Below, piece after piece: positions 30,425 to 40,151 of a DNA stretch of 64,000 bases; the stretch's first letter is position 1; each line of letters opens with the position of its first letter. The notes under the pieces are model-generated. The model made no database searches. It saw nothing but the letters and a program-made list of their open reading frames with translations, and was not told the origin of the DNA. The stretch is taken from the NCBI GenBank assembly GCA_963754315.1, contig CAVWFS010000008.1, forward strand, positions 628,990-692,989, in the 5' to 3' direction. This stretch comes from an uncultured Candidatus Rokubacteria bacterium (GTDB lineage Bacteria; Methylomirabilota; Methylomirabilia; Rokubacteriales; CSP1-6). The translations under genes were made by a program, and so were the position numbers.

Positions 30425-30925
30425 ATGGCGTACCAAGAGTTGCTCACGAAATCGGCAAAGCGCATCGCCCTGGTCGCCCACGACAACAAGAAGCAAGAGT
30501 TGCTGGAGTGGGCGCGCTTCAACCGGGAACTGCTGGCCGGCCACGAGCTCTACGCGACGGGTACGACGGGGCGCCTGCTGCGACAGACGCTGGGGCTCGA
30601 GGTGGTGCCCTTGCAGAGCGGCCCGCTGGGGGGTGACCAGCAGATCGGCAGCAAGGTCGTCGAAGGAGCCATCGACTTCCTGATCTTCTTCTGGGATCCC
30701 CTGGAACCACAGCCGCATGATCCGGACGTCAAGGCTCTCATTCGCATCGCGGTCGTCTGGAACATCCCGGTGGCGTGCAACCGCGCGTCGGCCGACTTCA
30801 TGATCTCGTCACCCCTGATGGCCAGCGAGTACACCCGGCTCGTGCCTGACTACGGCGCCGTCAGGCCCCGCACGGGAGGGCGGCGCGAACGGAGGCTACC
30901 AGGACCCACAACGGATCCGACCTGA
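30425..30925 (+). CDS. mgsA: Methylglyoxal synthase
   Basis: [42 protein letters not shown]. Confidence 0.95.
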   Translation: MAYQELLTKSAKRIALVAHDNKKQELLEWARFNRELLAGHELYATGTTGRLLRQTLGLEVVPLQSGPLGGDQQIGSKVVEGAIDFLIFFWDPLEPQPHDPDVKALIRIAVVWNIPVACNRASADFMISSPLMASEYTRLVPDYGAVRPRTGGRRERRLPGPTTDPT

Positions 30926-30926
30926 G

Positions 30927-31313
30927 TCAGGCCAGGGCGAGATCGGTGCGATTGAAATCGTCGCCGACGCAGAGGAGTGGCTGATTGGCAAGTTTGGCGA
31001 CGGCGTAGGCGAGGCAGTCGCCGAAATTCAAGCCGGCCGCATGCCGGCCTTTGCCGAACCGACCATAGGCGTCGACGGCAGCCCGCCAGTGAGGCTCGCC
31101 GAAGGGAACGACGGTGAGCGCCGCTTCCTGGAGAAGCCGCGCCAGGATGGGGCGAGCGTCGCGGCCTAGACGTGCACTGAGAACGATGCCGGTTTCCACG
31201 AGGGTGGGCGCACCGATGCCGGCCTCGGCAGCGGCGGTGAGCTTGGCGACGACGGTCTGGTGACCGGGCTCCCGCAGCGCGATGGCGATCAGCGCTGATG
31301 CATCGACGATCAC
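30927..31313 (-). CDS. vapC: VapC PIN toxin
   Basis: IVDASALIAI and FGKGRHAAGLNFGDCLAYA..GDDF. Confidence 0.92.
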   Translation of the reverse strand: MIVDASALIAIALREPGHQTVVAKLTAAAEAGIGAPTLVETGIVLSARLGRDARPILARLLQEAALTVVPFGEPHWRAAVDAYGRFGKGRHAAGLNFGDCLAYAVAKLANQPLLCVGDDFNRTDLALA

Positions 31314-31582
31314 ACGCCGTGCTCGCCGTACCCGAGGATCCGTTCCCGTTCCCGACGGGAGAGGCGCTTGCCGAGGACGTGGCGAGGCACCTGGGGCCAG
31401 ACCTCCTCCTCGAGGAACCGTACGAAGTCCGCCGCGCGGTCACGCGCGACGACGCGTAAGCGTAAGCGATCGCGCCGCTCTTGCAGAGCAACCCTGACCG
31501 CTTTCGTCTTGCTCTCTCCGGTGAGGGCGGCCACCTCGGCCGCCAGCTTCTCCGTCTGGGGATCCTTGATGTTCAAGGCCAC
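31310..31582 (-). CDS. vapB: VapB antitoxin (Rv0623-like)
   Basis: ALNIKDPQTEKLAAEVAALTGESKTKAVRVAL; GGAGGG RBS; overlaps vapC. Confidence 0.88.
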   Translation of the reverse strand: MALNIKDPQTEKLAAEVAALTGESKTKAVRVALQERRDRLRLRVVARDRAADFVRFLEEEVWPQVPRHVLGKRLSRRERERILGYGEHGV

Positions 31583-31644
31583 CACGCACCCTCCGAGGGT
31601 TGACTCGGTGCAATTATACGTTAACGGTGTAACGAACGTCTGGA

Positions 31645-33100
31645 TCACGCGTAGCCCGGAGGTGGCACGAAGGCCTGGTACTCGCGCTCGAGGAGCCGAG
31701 CGAAGGCAATGGTCGTCCGATCGCCATACTGCGGGCCCACGATCTGCACCCCCACCGGCAGGCCGCCGGGGGTGAGACCGGCTGGCGCCACCGTCGACGG
31801 CAGAAAGCACATCCCCGAGTACCCGGCCCAGAACAGCTGATCGGTCGTGGGTACTTGCTTGCCGTTCACGCTGATGGTCCGCTCGTGTCGTTCGCCGACA
31901 TGGTCGTGGGGGAAAGCGGCCGTCGATGCGACGGGGCAGAGGAGCAGGTCCCACTCCTTGAAGAACTCGGCCCACTTCCAGCGCATCTGGTGGCGTGCTT
32001 CGTTGGCGGCCAGCCAATCCCGATGATGCAGAGTGTTGGCGCGCATCATCTGCGCGAAGTAGCTCTCGTCGTCGGGCGCGAGGCCTCGGGTGACCTCGAG
32101 GTTGCGCGCGAACTCCTCGGTTGACTGACGTGCCGACGTCGCCGCCCGCAGAAGTCGGATGTAGACGCGGTGAACCTCTCCCGTATCGAGATCCGGCCGT
32201 GCCCGATCGCTGATCCTGGCACCCTGGCTGGGCGAGGAAGTCGGCGAGGGCCTGGAGTCGGTCCTGCACCTCCGTGTCGACCTCGGCGTTGGGATCGGTC
32301 AGCATGACGGCCACTCGGTATTCGCGAAGGGCCTTGAGCCGAGGCGCGGGCAGCCGCAGCTGCCAGCCGGCGGCGTCGATTTCGTCGGCGCCCGCCATGA
32401 CATCAAGAGCGAGGGCCAGATCGTCGGCGCTGCGGGCCATGGGGCCGATCACGGAGATGTCGCCTTGCGCGACCTTGCCGGGCAAAGCCTGGCCTCGCGG
32501 CGGCACGATGCCGTAGGTCGGCTTGTGGCCAAAGACTCCGCAATAGTGGGCCGGATTCCGGATCGACGAGCCGATGTCGCTGCCGGCCTCGAGACCCGTG
32601 AGCCCGGCGGCGAGGGCGGCCGCGGAGCCGCCAGAGGAGCCTCCGGGTGAGCGGGTCAGATCCCACGGATTGTTGGTGGTGCCGTAGATGGCGTTATAGC
32701 TCTGGTAGTCGGCCAGGTAGAGCGGCACGTTGGTCTTGCCGAACAGCACCACCCCCGCCGCCAGGAGGCGATCGACACCCAGCGCGTTTCGGTCGGGATA
32801 GTTATCCTTGAGCTCGGGAATTCCCCAGGTGGTAGGCAGTCCCACCACGTCGTAGGACTCCTTGATGGTCATCGGCACGCCGTGCAGCGGCCCCCAGCTC
32901 TCTCCGTTGGCGAGGGCGTGATCCGCGGCCTGGGCCCGCTTGCGCGCGCCCTCGAGGTCGGTCGCGATGATGGCGTTGAGCCGCGGGTTGTACTTCTCGA
33001 CCCTCGCCACGTAGAGGTCGAGCAGTTCCTCGCAGCCGATCTTCTTTCGACGCAGCGCGGTGGCCAGTTGCTTGGCCGAACGAAACGGAACGTCGAGCAT
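31645..33100 (-). CDS. Amidase (amidase-signature family); frameshift near 32231
   Basis: GPLHGVPMTIKE, PGGSSGGSAAA, GSDIGSSIRNPA; C-terminal GLPVGVQIVG in the second frame. Confidence 0.88.
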
Positions 33101-33124
33101 GGTGTGTCCTTTCCGGGCGGCGGG

Positions 33125-34147
33125 TCAGGGCGACCGCTCGCTCACGCGGGGCGCGAGCGCGCGGGTGGCGGCCAGGATCACCTCGCGCTTGCGCTCCGGG
33201 GTTATTTCGGACGAGGAGAACTGCAGGAAGGCCGTATCGATCCCGGCCGCGAGATAGCGCTGAACGCCGGCCCGAATCTCGTCCATCGAGCCGCGGATGA
33301 TCAGCTCGCGCGCCACCTCGTCGGGAACGGCCTCCACCGCGCCCTTGCGATCCCCGCTCGCCCAGGCGTCCCACATGGGCGCCAGCAGCCGCCCGCGCCC
33401 CAGCCATTCCTGATAGGCCCGGTAGACGGGGACGTTGAGGTACGCGGTGATGTGGCGGCGCACGCCGACGTCCGCCGCCGGGCCCGGTGGATCGAGATTC
33501 ACCATCAGCCGCGCCGTGATCTCGACGGCGTGGGGGTCACGGCCGGCCTTGGCGGCGGCCTCGCGCACCACCGACACTGCTTTGGGCACGTCGTCAGGGG
33601 AGAGCCAGTTGAGCACGACTCCGTCGCCCACCTCGCCCGCCACCCGCAGCATCCCCGGCCGCAGCGCGGCCACGTGGATGGGGACTGGTTGGGCCGGCGG
33701 CCGCGTCAGCCGGAAGCCGTCGACGGAAAACGTCTTGCCCTGGAACACCACACGGTCGCCGGTCAGCGCGGAGCGGAGGAACTGCACCATCTCGCGGACC
33801 CGGGTGGCGGGGCGGTCGAAGCGGCCGCCGTTCCAGGCTTCCACGATCGGCTCCGAACCGGCGCCCACCCCGAGGCAGAATCGTCCGGGCGCGATTTCCG
33901 CCATGCCGGCGGCCGTGATGGCGAGGGTGGCTGGTCCGCGCGTGAAGACGTTCGCGATCGCCGTGCCCACACGGAGGCCGGTCGTGTGCCCGACGACAGC
34001 AAGCGGCGTGAAGCAGTCCACCCCGTCGACCTCGAATGACCACGCGTCGGTATAACCCAGTTGCTCGGCCTCCCGCGCGATCGCGGCATGCTCGGCCAGG
34101 GTGAACGATTCGAGCGGAACAGAGAGCGACCACCGCTTCTGACCCAT
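33125..34147 (-). CDS. LLM-class (probably F420-dependent) oxidoreductase
   Basis: LRVGTAIANVFTRGP, GRFCLGVG, PIHVAALRPGML..GEVGDG. Confidence 0.85.
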   Translation of the reverse strand: MGQKRWSLSVPLESFTLAEHAAIAREAEQLGYTDAWSFEVDGVDCFTPLAVVGHTTGLRVGTAIANVFTRGPATLAITAAGMAEIAPGRFCLGVGAGSEPIVEAWNGGRFDRPATRVREMVQFLRSALTGDRVVFQGKTFSVDGFRLTRPPAQPVPIHVAALRPGMLRVAGEVGDGVVLNWLSPDDVPKAVSVVREAAAKAGRDPHAVEITARLMVNLDPPGPAADVGVRRHITAYLNVPVYRAYQEWLGRGRLLAPMWDAWASGDRKGAVEAVPDEVARELIIRGSMDEIRAGVQRYLAAGIDTAFLQFSSSEITPERKREVILAATRALAPRVSERSP

Positions 34148-34234
34148 CCGGCCCCGCCTCCCCCGGCGGTGATATGCTCCCCGATGGCTGGGCCATCGGA
34201 CCCGGCCATTATCATCCAGTCAGGGGAGAGGGCA

Positions 34235-35266
34235 ATGAGGCTCGGGATCATTGGCGCCGGCGCTATCGGTTCGGTCGTGGGCGGGATGCTCACCAAGGCG
34301 GGTCACGACGTGACGTTCATCGATCAATGGCCAGACCACGTGGAGGCCCTCAAGAAGGTCGGGCTCCGTCTGAGCGGGACGTGCGGAGAGCACCTCATCC
34401 CGGTGAAAGCGCTCAACATCTACGAGGTCCAGAGCCTCGCCCAGCCGTTCGACGCTGTCTTCATCGCGGTCAAGTCCTACGACACCGAGTGGGCTACGCA
34501 TCTCGGGCTGGCGTACCTCAAGAAGCCCGACGGGGTGGTGGTGGACTTCCAGAACGGCATCAACGACGAGCGAGTGGCCGCCATCGCGGGCAAGGAGCGA
34601 ACACTCGGGTGCGTCATCACCATCAGCGCCGGAATGTACGAGCCCGGTCATGCCATCCGGACCGACACGGGCGCCATCGGGTTCAAGATCGGTGAGCACG
34701 ACGGTCAGGAGACGCCGCGCGCGCGAGCGCTGGTGGAAGCCATGAACGCGGTGGCTCCCACCAAGCTGACCACCAACCTCTGGGGGGAGCGGTGGTCGAA
34801 GCTGGCCATCAACTGCATGGTCAATGCTATCTGCGGCCTGAGTGGGCTCGGTTCGATGGAGGCGCGGACGGATCCGGAGATCCAGCTCATGTCCATCCAG
34901 CTCGGCTCCGAGGTCATCCAGGTGGGCCGCGCCTGCGGTCACGAGGTCGAGCCGATCTACGGTATCACGGCTCAGCGCTTCGTCGATGCGGCGGCCGGGC
35001 GAGGGGTCACGGAGATCCAGGCCGACATGTCCGCCGTCGGCAAGAGTCGCAGCGGCGGACGTCCCTCCATGCTGCAGGACGTGATGCGAAGGCGCCGCAC
35101 CGAGATCGACTATCTCAACGGCTACGTCGCCGAGCAGGGGCGGCGGGTCGGGGTGAAGACTCCATTCAACGACGCGGTGGTCGACCTGATGAACAGCTTC
35201 CCGGTCGGCACCCTGACACCAGACCGCAAGAACCTGGAACCGCTCGTACGGCGCCTGCCGCGGTAG
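34235..35266 (+). CDS. Ketopantoate reductase family (PanE/ApbA)
   Basis: GAGAIG, AVKSYD, QNGI, WSKLAIN, SMLQD..RRTEIDYLNG. Confidence 0.88.
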   Translation: MRLGIIGAGAIGSVVGGMLTKAGHDVTFIDQWPDHVEALKKVGLRLSGTCGEHLIPVKALNIYEVQSLAQPFDAVFIAVKSYDTEWATHLGLAYLKKPDGVVVDFQNGINDERVAAIAGKERTLGCVITISAGMYEPGHAIRTDTGAIGFKIGEHDGQETPRARALVEAMNAVAPTKLTTNLWGERWSKLAINCMVNAICGLSGLGSMEARTDPEIQLMSIQLGSEVIQVGRACGHEVEPIYGITAQRFVDAAAGRGVTEIQADMSAVGKSRSGGRPSMLQDVMRRRRTEIDYLNGYVAEQGRRVGVKTPFNDAVVDLMNSFPVGTLTPDRKNLEPLVRRLPR

Positions 35267-35292
35267 GAGCACAACAAGCGAGGAGGCCCTTC

Positions 35293-35682
35293 ATGCTGGG
35301 CGATGTCATCGAGCTCTCCGTGGTCGTGCGCGACATCGAGGCGGCCATCGAGCGGTACACACGGCTCTTCAAGCTCAAGGTGCATCATCGGGGGGAGTCG
35401 AAGGAGTTCGGCTTCAAGAACGCGATCCTGCCCCTCGGCCGCGGCCACATCGAGCTCCTGCAGCCGACCGATCCGACGAAGGCGATCGGGCGCTTCCTCG
35501 AGAAGAACGGGGAGGGCGTTTACCTGGTCGGGTTCGACTGCGAGGACATCCCCGGCTCGGTAGCCCATCTGAAGGGGCAGGGCGCCAAGGTGGACGACCG
35601 GCAGGCGGAGGTCGTGTGGGTGCATCCTCGCGAGGCACATGGACTCTTCGTCGAGCTGCGGAAGCCCGAGAAGTACGCCTAG
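35293..35682 (+). CDS. VOC/glyoxalase family (methylmalonyl-CoA epimerase-like)
   Basis: IELLQP..IGRFLEKNGEG..WVHPREAHGLFVEL; GAGGAGG RBS. Confidence 0.8.
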   Translation: MLGDVIELSVVVRDIEAAIERYTRLFKLKVHHRGESKEFGFKNAILPLGRGHIELLQPTDPTKAIGRFLEKNGEGVYLVGFDCEDIPGSVAHLKGQGAKVDDRQAEVVWVHPREAHGLFVELRKPEKYA

Positions 35683-35684
35683 CA

Positions 35685-36833
35685 ATGACCACCTTTCGCT
35701 TCGATCTCCACGACCTTCCGCCCGAGGCGGAGCGGCTGCGTAGCGAGGTACGGGACTTCCTTCGTCAGGAGCTCGCCCAGCGCGCGCCGCTCGATCGTGC
35801 TCCCTCGTGGGGTGGTTTCGACCGTGCATTTTCGCGGAAGGTCGGCGCGCGGGGGTGGATCGGGTTGACGTGGCCCAAGAAGTACGGCGGCCACGAGCGG
35901 AGCGCTCTCGAGCGTTACGTCGTCCTGGAGGAAATGCTGGCAGCCGGGGCCCCCGTCTCCGCCCACTGGATTGCCGACCGTCAGAGCGGTCCCATGCTGC
36001 TCCGCTTCGGCACCGAAGAGCAGCGGCAGCGGTTCCTGCCCCGCATCGCGCGGGGCGAGCTGGCCTTCGCGATCGGCATGAGCGAGCCCGACTCCGGGTC
36101 GGACCTGGCCTCCGTCCGAACGCGCGCGGAGAAGGCCGAGGGTGGGTACAAGGTCAACGGGACCAAGGTGTGGACGAGCAATGCCCATCTCTCTGACTAC
36201 ATGATCGCCACGTTCCGGACCCACGTGGATCCCGCCAACAAGCACGCGGGCCTCTCACAGTTCCTGGTCGACACCAAGACACCGGGCATCACCATCAGCC
36301 CCATCATCGACCTCACCGGCAAGCACCACTTCAACGAGGTCGTCTTCGAGGACGCCTTCGTCCCCGAGGACATGCTGGTGGGCGAGGAGGGGGCGGGCTG
36401 GAAGCAAGTCACCAACGAGCTGGCCTTCGAGCGCAGCGGGCCCGAGCGCTATCTGAGCAGCATGGCGCTGATCGTGGAGCTGATCCGCGCCGTTGGCCAG
36501 GAGCCCTCGGAGCGTGCCGCCGAGGTGGTCGGGCGGCTCACCGCCCAGCTGATCACCTTGCGCCAGATGTCGCTGTCGGTGGCAGCCATGCTCCAGGCCG
36601 GTGAGAATCCGAATCTGGAGGCCGCGGTGGTGAAGGACGTGGGCACGACGTTCGAGCAGTCGGTGCCGGAGATCGTGCATGCGCTGCTGGGGCTGGAGCC
36701 GAGCCTGACCGGGGAGAGCCATCTGCAGCGGGTCCTTGCCTACCTCACGCAGCAGGCACCCTCCTTCTCGCTGCGCGGCGGGACCCGCGAGATCCTCCGC
36801 GGCATCATCGCCCGGGGGCTTGGTCTTCGATGA
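35685..36833 (+). CDS. Acyl-CoA dehydrogenase family, subunit A
   Basis: MSEPDSGSDLAS, NGTKVWTS, FNEVVFED, GGTREILR. Confidence 0.9.
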   Translation: MTTFRFDLHDLPPEAERLRSEVRDFLRQELAQRAPLDRAPSWGGFDRAFSRKVGARGWIGLTWPKKYGGHERSALERYVVLEEMLAAGAPVSAHWIADRQSGPMLLRFGTEEQRQRFLPRIARGELAFAIGMSEPDSGSDLASVRTRAEKAEGGYKVNGTKVWTSNAHLSDYMIATFRTHVDPANKHAGLSQFLVDTKTPGITISPIIDLTGKHHFNEVVFEDAFVPEDMLVGEEGAGWKQVTNELAFERSGPERYLSSMALIVELIRAVGQEPSERAAEVVGRLTAQLITLRQMSLSVAAMLQAGENPNLEAAVVKDVGTTFEQSVPEIVHALLGLEPSLTGESHLQRVLAYLTQQAPSFSLRGGTREILRGIIARGLGLR

Positions 36834-37888
36834 ACGAGACCCGGACTCTTCTCGCCGACACCGTCACCCGGATCCTTACCGACCTCGTCAGCAAGGAGCT
36901 CCTGGAGTCGGCCGAGCAGGGGACCTGGCCCGCCGGCCTCTGGCAGACGCTCGAGGAGAACGGGCTGACTCTTCCCCTGGTCCCCGAGGCGCGCGGGGGG
37001 GCTGGCCTCGGATGGCAGGATGCCCACGTGATCCTCGAGGCAGCCGGCCGTCATGCCGTTCCAGCGCCGCTGGCCGAAACGATCATCGCGAGCTGGCTCC
37101 TCGCCGGCGCCGGTATCGACGTGCCCGATGGGCCTCTCACGATCGCGCCCGTCCAGCCGAACGAACAGTTTCGTCTCGTGCGCGCTGCGAATGGCTGGCG
37201 TCTCAGCGGGCGCGCCAGCCGGGTGCCCTGGGGCGCGTCGGCCCACCACATCGTGGCGGCGGGCGACGTGGACGGCCAGGTGACCATTGCCCTCGTCGCT
37301 GGCGGCCGCGCTCGAGCCACGACCGACCGCAACGTGGCGCTCGAGCCGAGAGATACGCTCGACTTCGACGACACGCCGGTGGAAGCGGCGGCCCCCGCCG
37401 CGAGGGGTATGCCCACGAACCCTATCTGGCTCTACGGCGCGCTGGCGCGTTCGGCGCAGATGGCCGGAGCGCTGCAATCGATTCTCGCGCAGGCGGTCCG
37501 CTACGCGACGGAACGGAAGCAGTTCGGCCGGAACATCGGCGCCTTTCAGGCGATCCAGCATCAGCTCGCCCTGCTGGCCGGCCACACAGCGGCCGCGGGG
37601 ATGGCGGCTGCCCATGCGTGCCGAGCGGCCGAGCGCGGTGACCCGACACGGGAGGTCGCCGCCGCCAAGGTTCGTGTGGGCGAGGCCGCCGGGTTCGGGG
37701 CCGGAATTGCGCACCAGGTCCACGGTGCGATCGGATTCACCTACGAGCATAGCCTGCACTTCGCCACGCGACGTCTGTGGTCGTGGCGGGCGGAGTTCGG
37801 GGCGGAGAGCCATTGGGCTGCTGCACTGGGCCGGTGCGTGGCGGAACGGGGCGCGGATCAGCTCTGGCCTGATCTCACCGCGCCCTGA
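36830..37888 (+). CDS. Acyl-CoA dehydrogenase family, degenerate partner subunit
   Basis: RKQFGRNIGAFQAIQH and HQVHGAIGFTYE; overlapping pair typical of heteromeric ACADs. Confidence 0.85.
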   Translation: MNETRTLLADTVTRILTDLVSKELLESAEQGTWPAGLWQTLEENGLTLPLVPEARGGAGLGWQDAHVILEAAGRHAVPAPLAETIIASWLLAGAGIDVPDGPLTIAPVQPNEQFRLVRAANGWRLSGRASRVPWGASAHHIVAAGDVDGQVTIALVAGGRARATTDRNVALEPRDTLDFDDTPVEAAAPAARGMPTNPIWLYGALARSAQMAGALQSILAQAVRYATERKQFGRNIGAFQAIQHQLALLAGHTAAAGMAAAHACRAAERGDPTREVAAAKVRVGEAAGFGAGIAHQVHGAIGFTYEHSLHFATRRLWSWRAEFGAESHWAAALGRCVAERGADQLWPDLTAP

Positions 37889-37907
37889 GACCCCGGAGGA
37901 GGCAGAC

Positions 37908-39062
37908 GTGAAGTTTCCGTTGACCAAGGAGCAGCGCGATCTACAGGAGCGGGTGCAGACACTCGCGGACGGCGAGTTCCGTGAGCGGGCGGCGGGCTGG
38001 GACGAGCGTGAGGAGTACCCGTGGGAGAACGTGAAGACGCTCGTCAAGGAAGGTCTGATGGGCATGGCCATCCCGCGCGAGTACGGAGGGCAGGGGCGCG
38101 CCCTGCTCGATGTCATCCTGGCCATCGAGACGGTCGCGCGCACGTGCGGAATCACCGGACGTCTCCTCGTGGACTCGAATCTCGGCCCGGTGGGGGCGAT
38201 CGTCCACTACGGGAGCGAGGCGCAAAAGACGAAGTACCTCCCCCGCGTGGTGCAGGGCGACAAGCCGGCCATCGCCATCACCGAGCATCGGGCGGGCTCC
38301 GCCGCCTCCGACATGGAGACGACCATCACGCCCGATGGTGACGCCTGGCTGCTCGACGGCTCCAAGCGCTGGATCACCGGCGCCGGTGTCTCGCAGACGT
38401 ACGTCGTGTTCGGCCGCTTCGGAGGAATCCCGGGCGCGGCCGGGATCGGCGCCGTCATCGCCGAGGCGGGCATGACGGGCCTGAGCGTGGTGAAGCGCGA
38501 GAAAGCCATGGGCATGCGGGGCATTCCCGAGGGCGAGATGGTCTTCACCCGATGTCGCCTGCCGGGAGCGAACCTGCTCCTGCCGGCGGGTGGGTTCAAG
38601 AAGCTCATGGCCGCCTACAACGGCCAGCGTCTGGGAGCGGCCACCGTCGCGCTCGGGCTGGCCCAGGGGGCGTTCGAGCTCGCGGTGGCGTACGCGGGCA
38701 CACGTGAGCAGTTCGGGCGCCCCATCGGCCGTTTCCAGGGGCTGCGCTGGCTGGTGGCAGACATGGGGATGCAGATCGAGGCGGTGCGCCAGATGATCTA
38801 CCGAACCGCTGCCAATGCGGGCTCCGGGTTGCCCGATGTCACGGAGGCCGCCATGTGCAAGGTGATGGCGAGCGAGATGGCGGTCAAGGTCACCAACGAT
38901 GCCCTGCAGATGTTCGGCGCTACCGGATACTCACGCGAGATGCCCCTCGAGCGCATGGTGCGGGACGCCCGCATGTTCATGATCGCCGGGGGCACCGTGC
39001 AGACCCTGCGTAACGTGGTGGCCAACGCCATCCTTGGGCCCATGGGCCAGCGGGAGGGCTGA
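37908..39062 (+). CDS. ACAD-fold protein, 3-sulfinopropionyl-CoA desulfinase-like
   Basis: YPWENV, GRLLVDSNLG, GDKPAI, AMGMRGIPE, AYNGQR, DARMFMIAGGT (no catalytic Glu). Confidence 0.75.
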   Translation: MKFPLTKEQRDLQERVQTLADGEFRERAAGWDEREEYPWENVKTLVKEGLMGMAIPREYGGQGRALLDVILAIETVARTCGITGRLLVDSNLGPVGAIVHYGSEAQKTKYLPRVVQGDKPAIAITEHRAGSAASDMETTITPDGDAWLLDGSKRWITGAGVSQTYVVFGRFGGIPGAAGIGAVIAEAGMTGLSVVKREKAMGMRGIPEGEMVFTRCRLPGANLLLPAGGFKKLMAAYNGQRLGAATVALGLAQGAFELAVAYAGTREQFGRPIGRFQGLRWLVADMGMQIEAVRQMIYRTAANAGSGLPDVTEAAMCKVMASEMAVKVTNDALQMFGATGYSREMPLERMVRDARMFMIAGGTVQTLRNVVANAILGPMGQREG

Positions 39063-39120
39063 GAGCCGCCATCGAGTTCGTCAACTTCCGAGCACGAGAT
39101 CAACGAAAGGAGCAACCACC

Positions 39121-40104
39121 GTGTCCCACAAGATCGTGATGTCTCCCAAGATGCCCGACCCCATTCTCGACATGGCGCGGGCCGTGCTGCCGGCCGGCTA
39201 CGACCTGGAAGTGGTCGATCAGAGTGACCCCAAGTTCGCGACGGCCATGCTGGACGCGGACTTCTTCCTGGGCTTCTCCCGAGGCGCCATGGGACCCGAG
39301 TTCTACCGGTCGGCGCCGAGGCTCAAGCTGATCCAGCTCATCAGCGCCGGCTATGACCGGATCGACCTGGAGGCGGCGCGCGCGGCCAAGGTGCCGGTCG
39401 CAAACAACAACGGCGCCAACTCGGTGGCCGTGTCCGAACACACCCTCATGCTCATCCTGGCCGTGGCCAAGAAGCTCGTGTGGCAGCACAACAACGTGGT
39501 GGCCGGCAAGTGGCGCATTGGTGACTTTGCCCAGACACGCCTGTACGAGGTGGCGGGGAAGACGCTCGGCATCGTGGGCCTCGGCAACATCGGCAAGAAG
39601 GTCGCCCGCCGGGCCCAGGCGTTCGACATGAGGGTGCAGTACTACGACATCGTCCGCCTCACCGAGGACCAGGAAGACGCCCTCGGGGTACGCTTCGTCC
39701 TCCTCGATGAGCTGCTCCGAACGTCGGACGTCGTCACCTGCCACGTCCCCCTCACCGACCGCACGCGCGGCATGATGGGGGCGCGACAGTTCGCCATGAT
39801 GAAGCCCACCGCCCTGTTCATCAATACCTGTCGGGGACCCGTCGTGGACGAGGACGCGCTCTACAAAGCGCTCACCTCAAAGCAGATCCTGGCGGCAGGC
39901 CTCGACGTGATGGTGGAGGAACCTCCCAAAACCGACCATCCCCTGTTCAAGCTCGACAACGTCACCATCACTCCTCACACGGCCGGGCCCACGTGGGAGA
40001 ACTGGGCGAAGGCCTTCCGCAACGCCTTCGACAACATCCAGCGGGTGGCTTCCATGGACAAGCCACGGGCAGTCGTTCCCGAACTGGTAGACATGCTGCG
40101 CTGA
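39121..40104 (+). CDS. D-2-hydroxyacid dehydrogenase
   Basis: GIVGLGNIG, FINTCRG, LDVMVEEP, TPHTAG. Confidence 0.9.
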   Translation: MSHKIVMSPKMPDPILDMARAVLPAGYDLEVVDQSDPKFATAMLDADFFLGFSRGAMGPEFYRSAPRLKLIQLISAGYDRIDLEAARAAKVPVANNNGANSVAVSEHTLMLILAVAKKLVWQHNNVVAGKWRIGDFAQTRLYEVAGKTLGIVGLGNIGKKVARRAQAFDMRVQYYDIVRLTEDQEDALGVRFVLLDELLRTSDVVTCHVPLTDRTRGMMGARQFAMMKPTALFINTCRGPVVDEDALYKALTSKQILAAGLDVMVEEPPKTDHPLFKLDNVTITPHTAGPTWENWAKAFRNAFDNIQRVASMDKPRAVVPELVDMLR

Positions 40105-40110
40105 TCACCC

Positions 40111-40140
40111 GGGCGGGGCGGCCCCCGGCCGCTCCGCCCC
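40111..40140. terminator. GC hairpin between convergent genes
   Basis: GGGCGGGGCGGCC-CCC-GGCCGCTCCGCCC followed by CCCTTT. Confidence 0.5.
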
Positions 40141-40151
40141 CCTTTGCCGGA

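Noticed and set aside
31310..33100. Amidase-VapB fusion (596 aa ORF)
   Set aside because: Artefact of the amidase frameshift; the amidase ends at 31645 and vapB has its own RBS and start.
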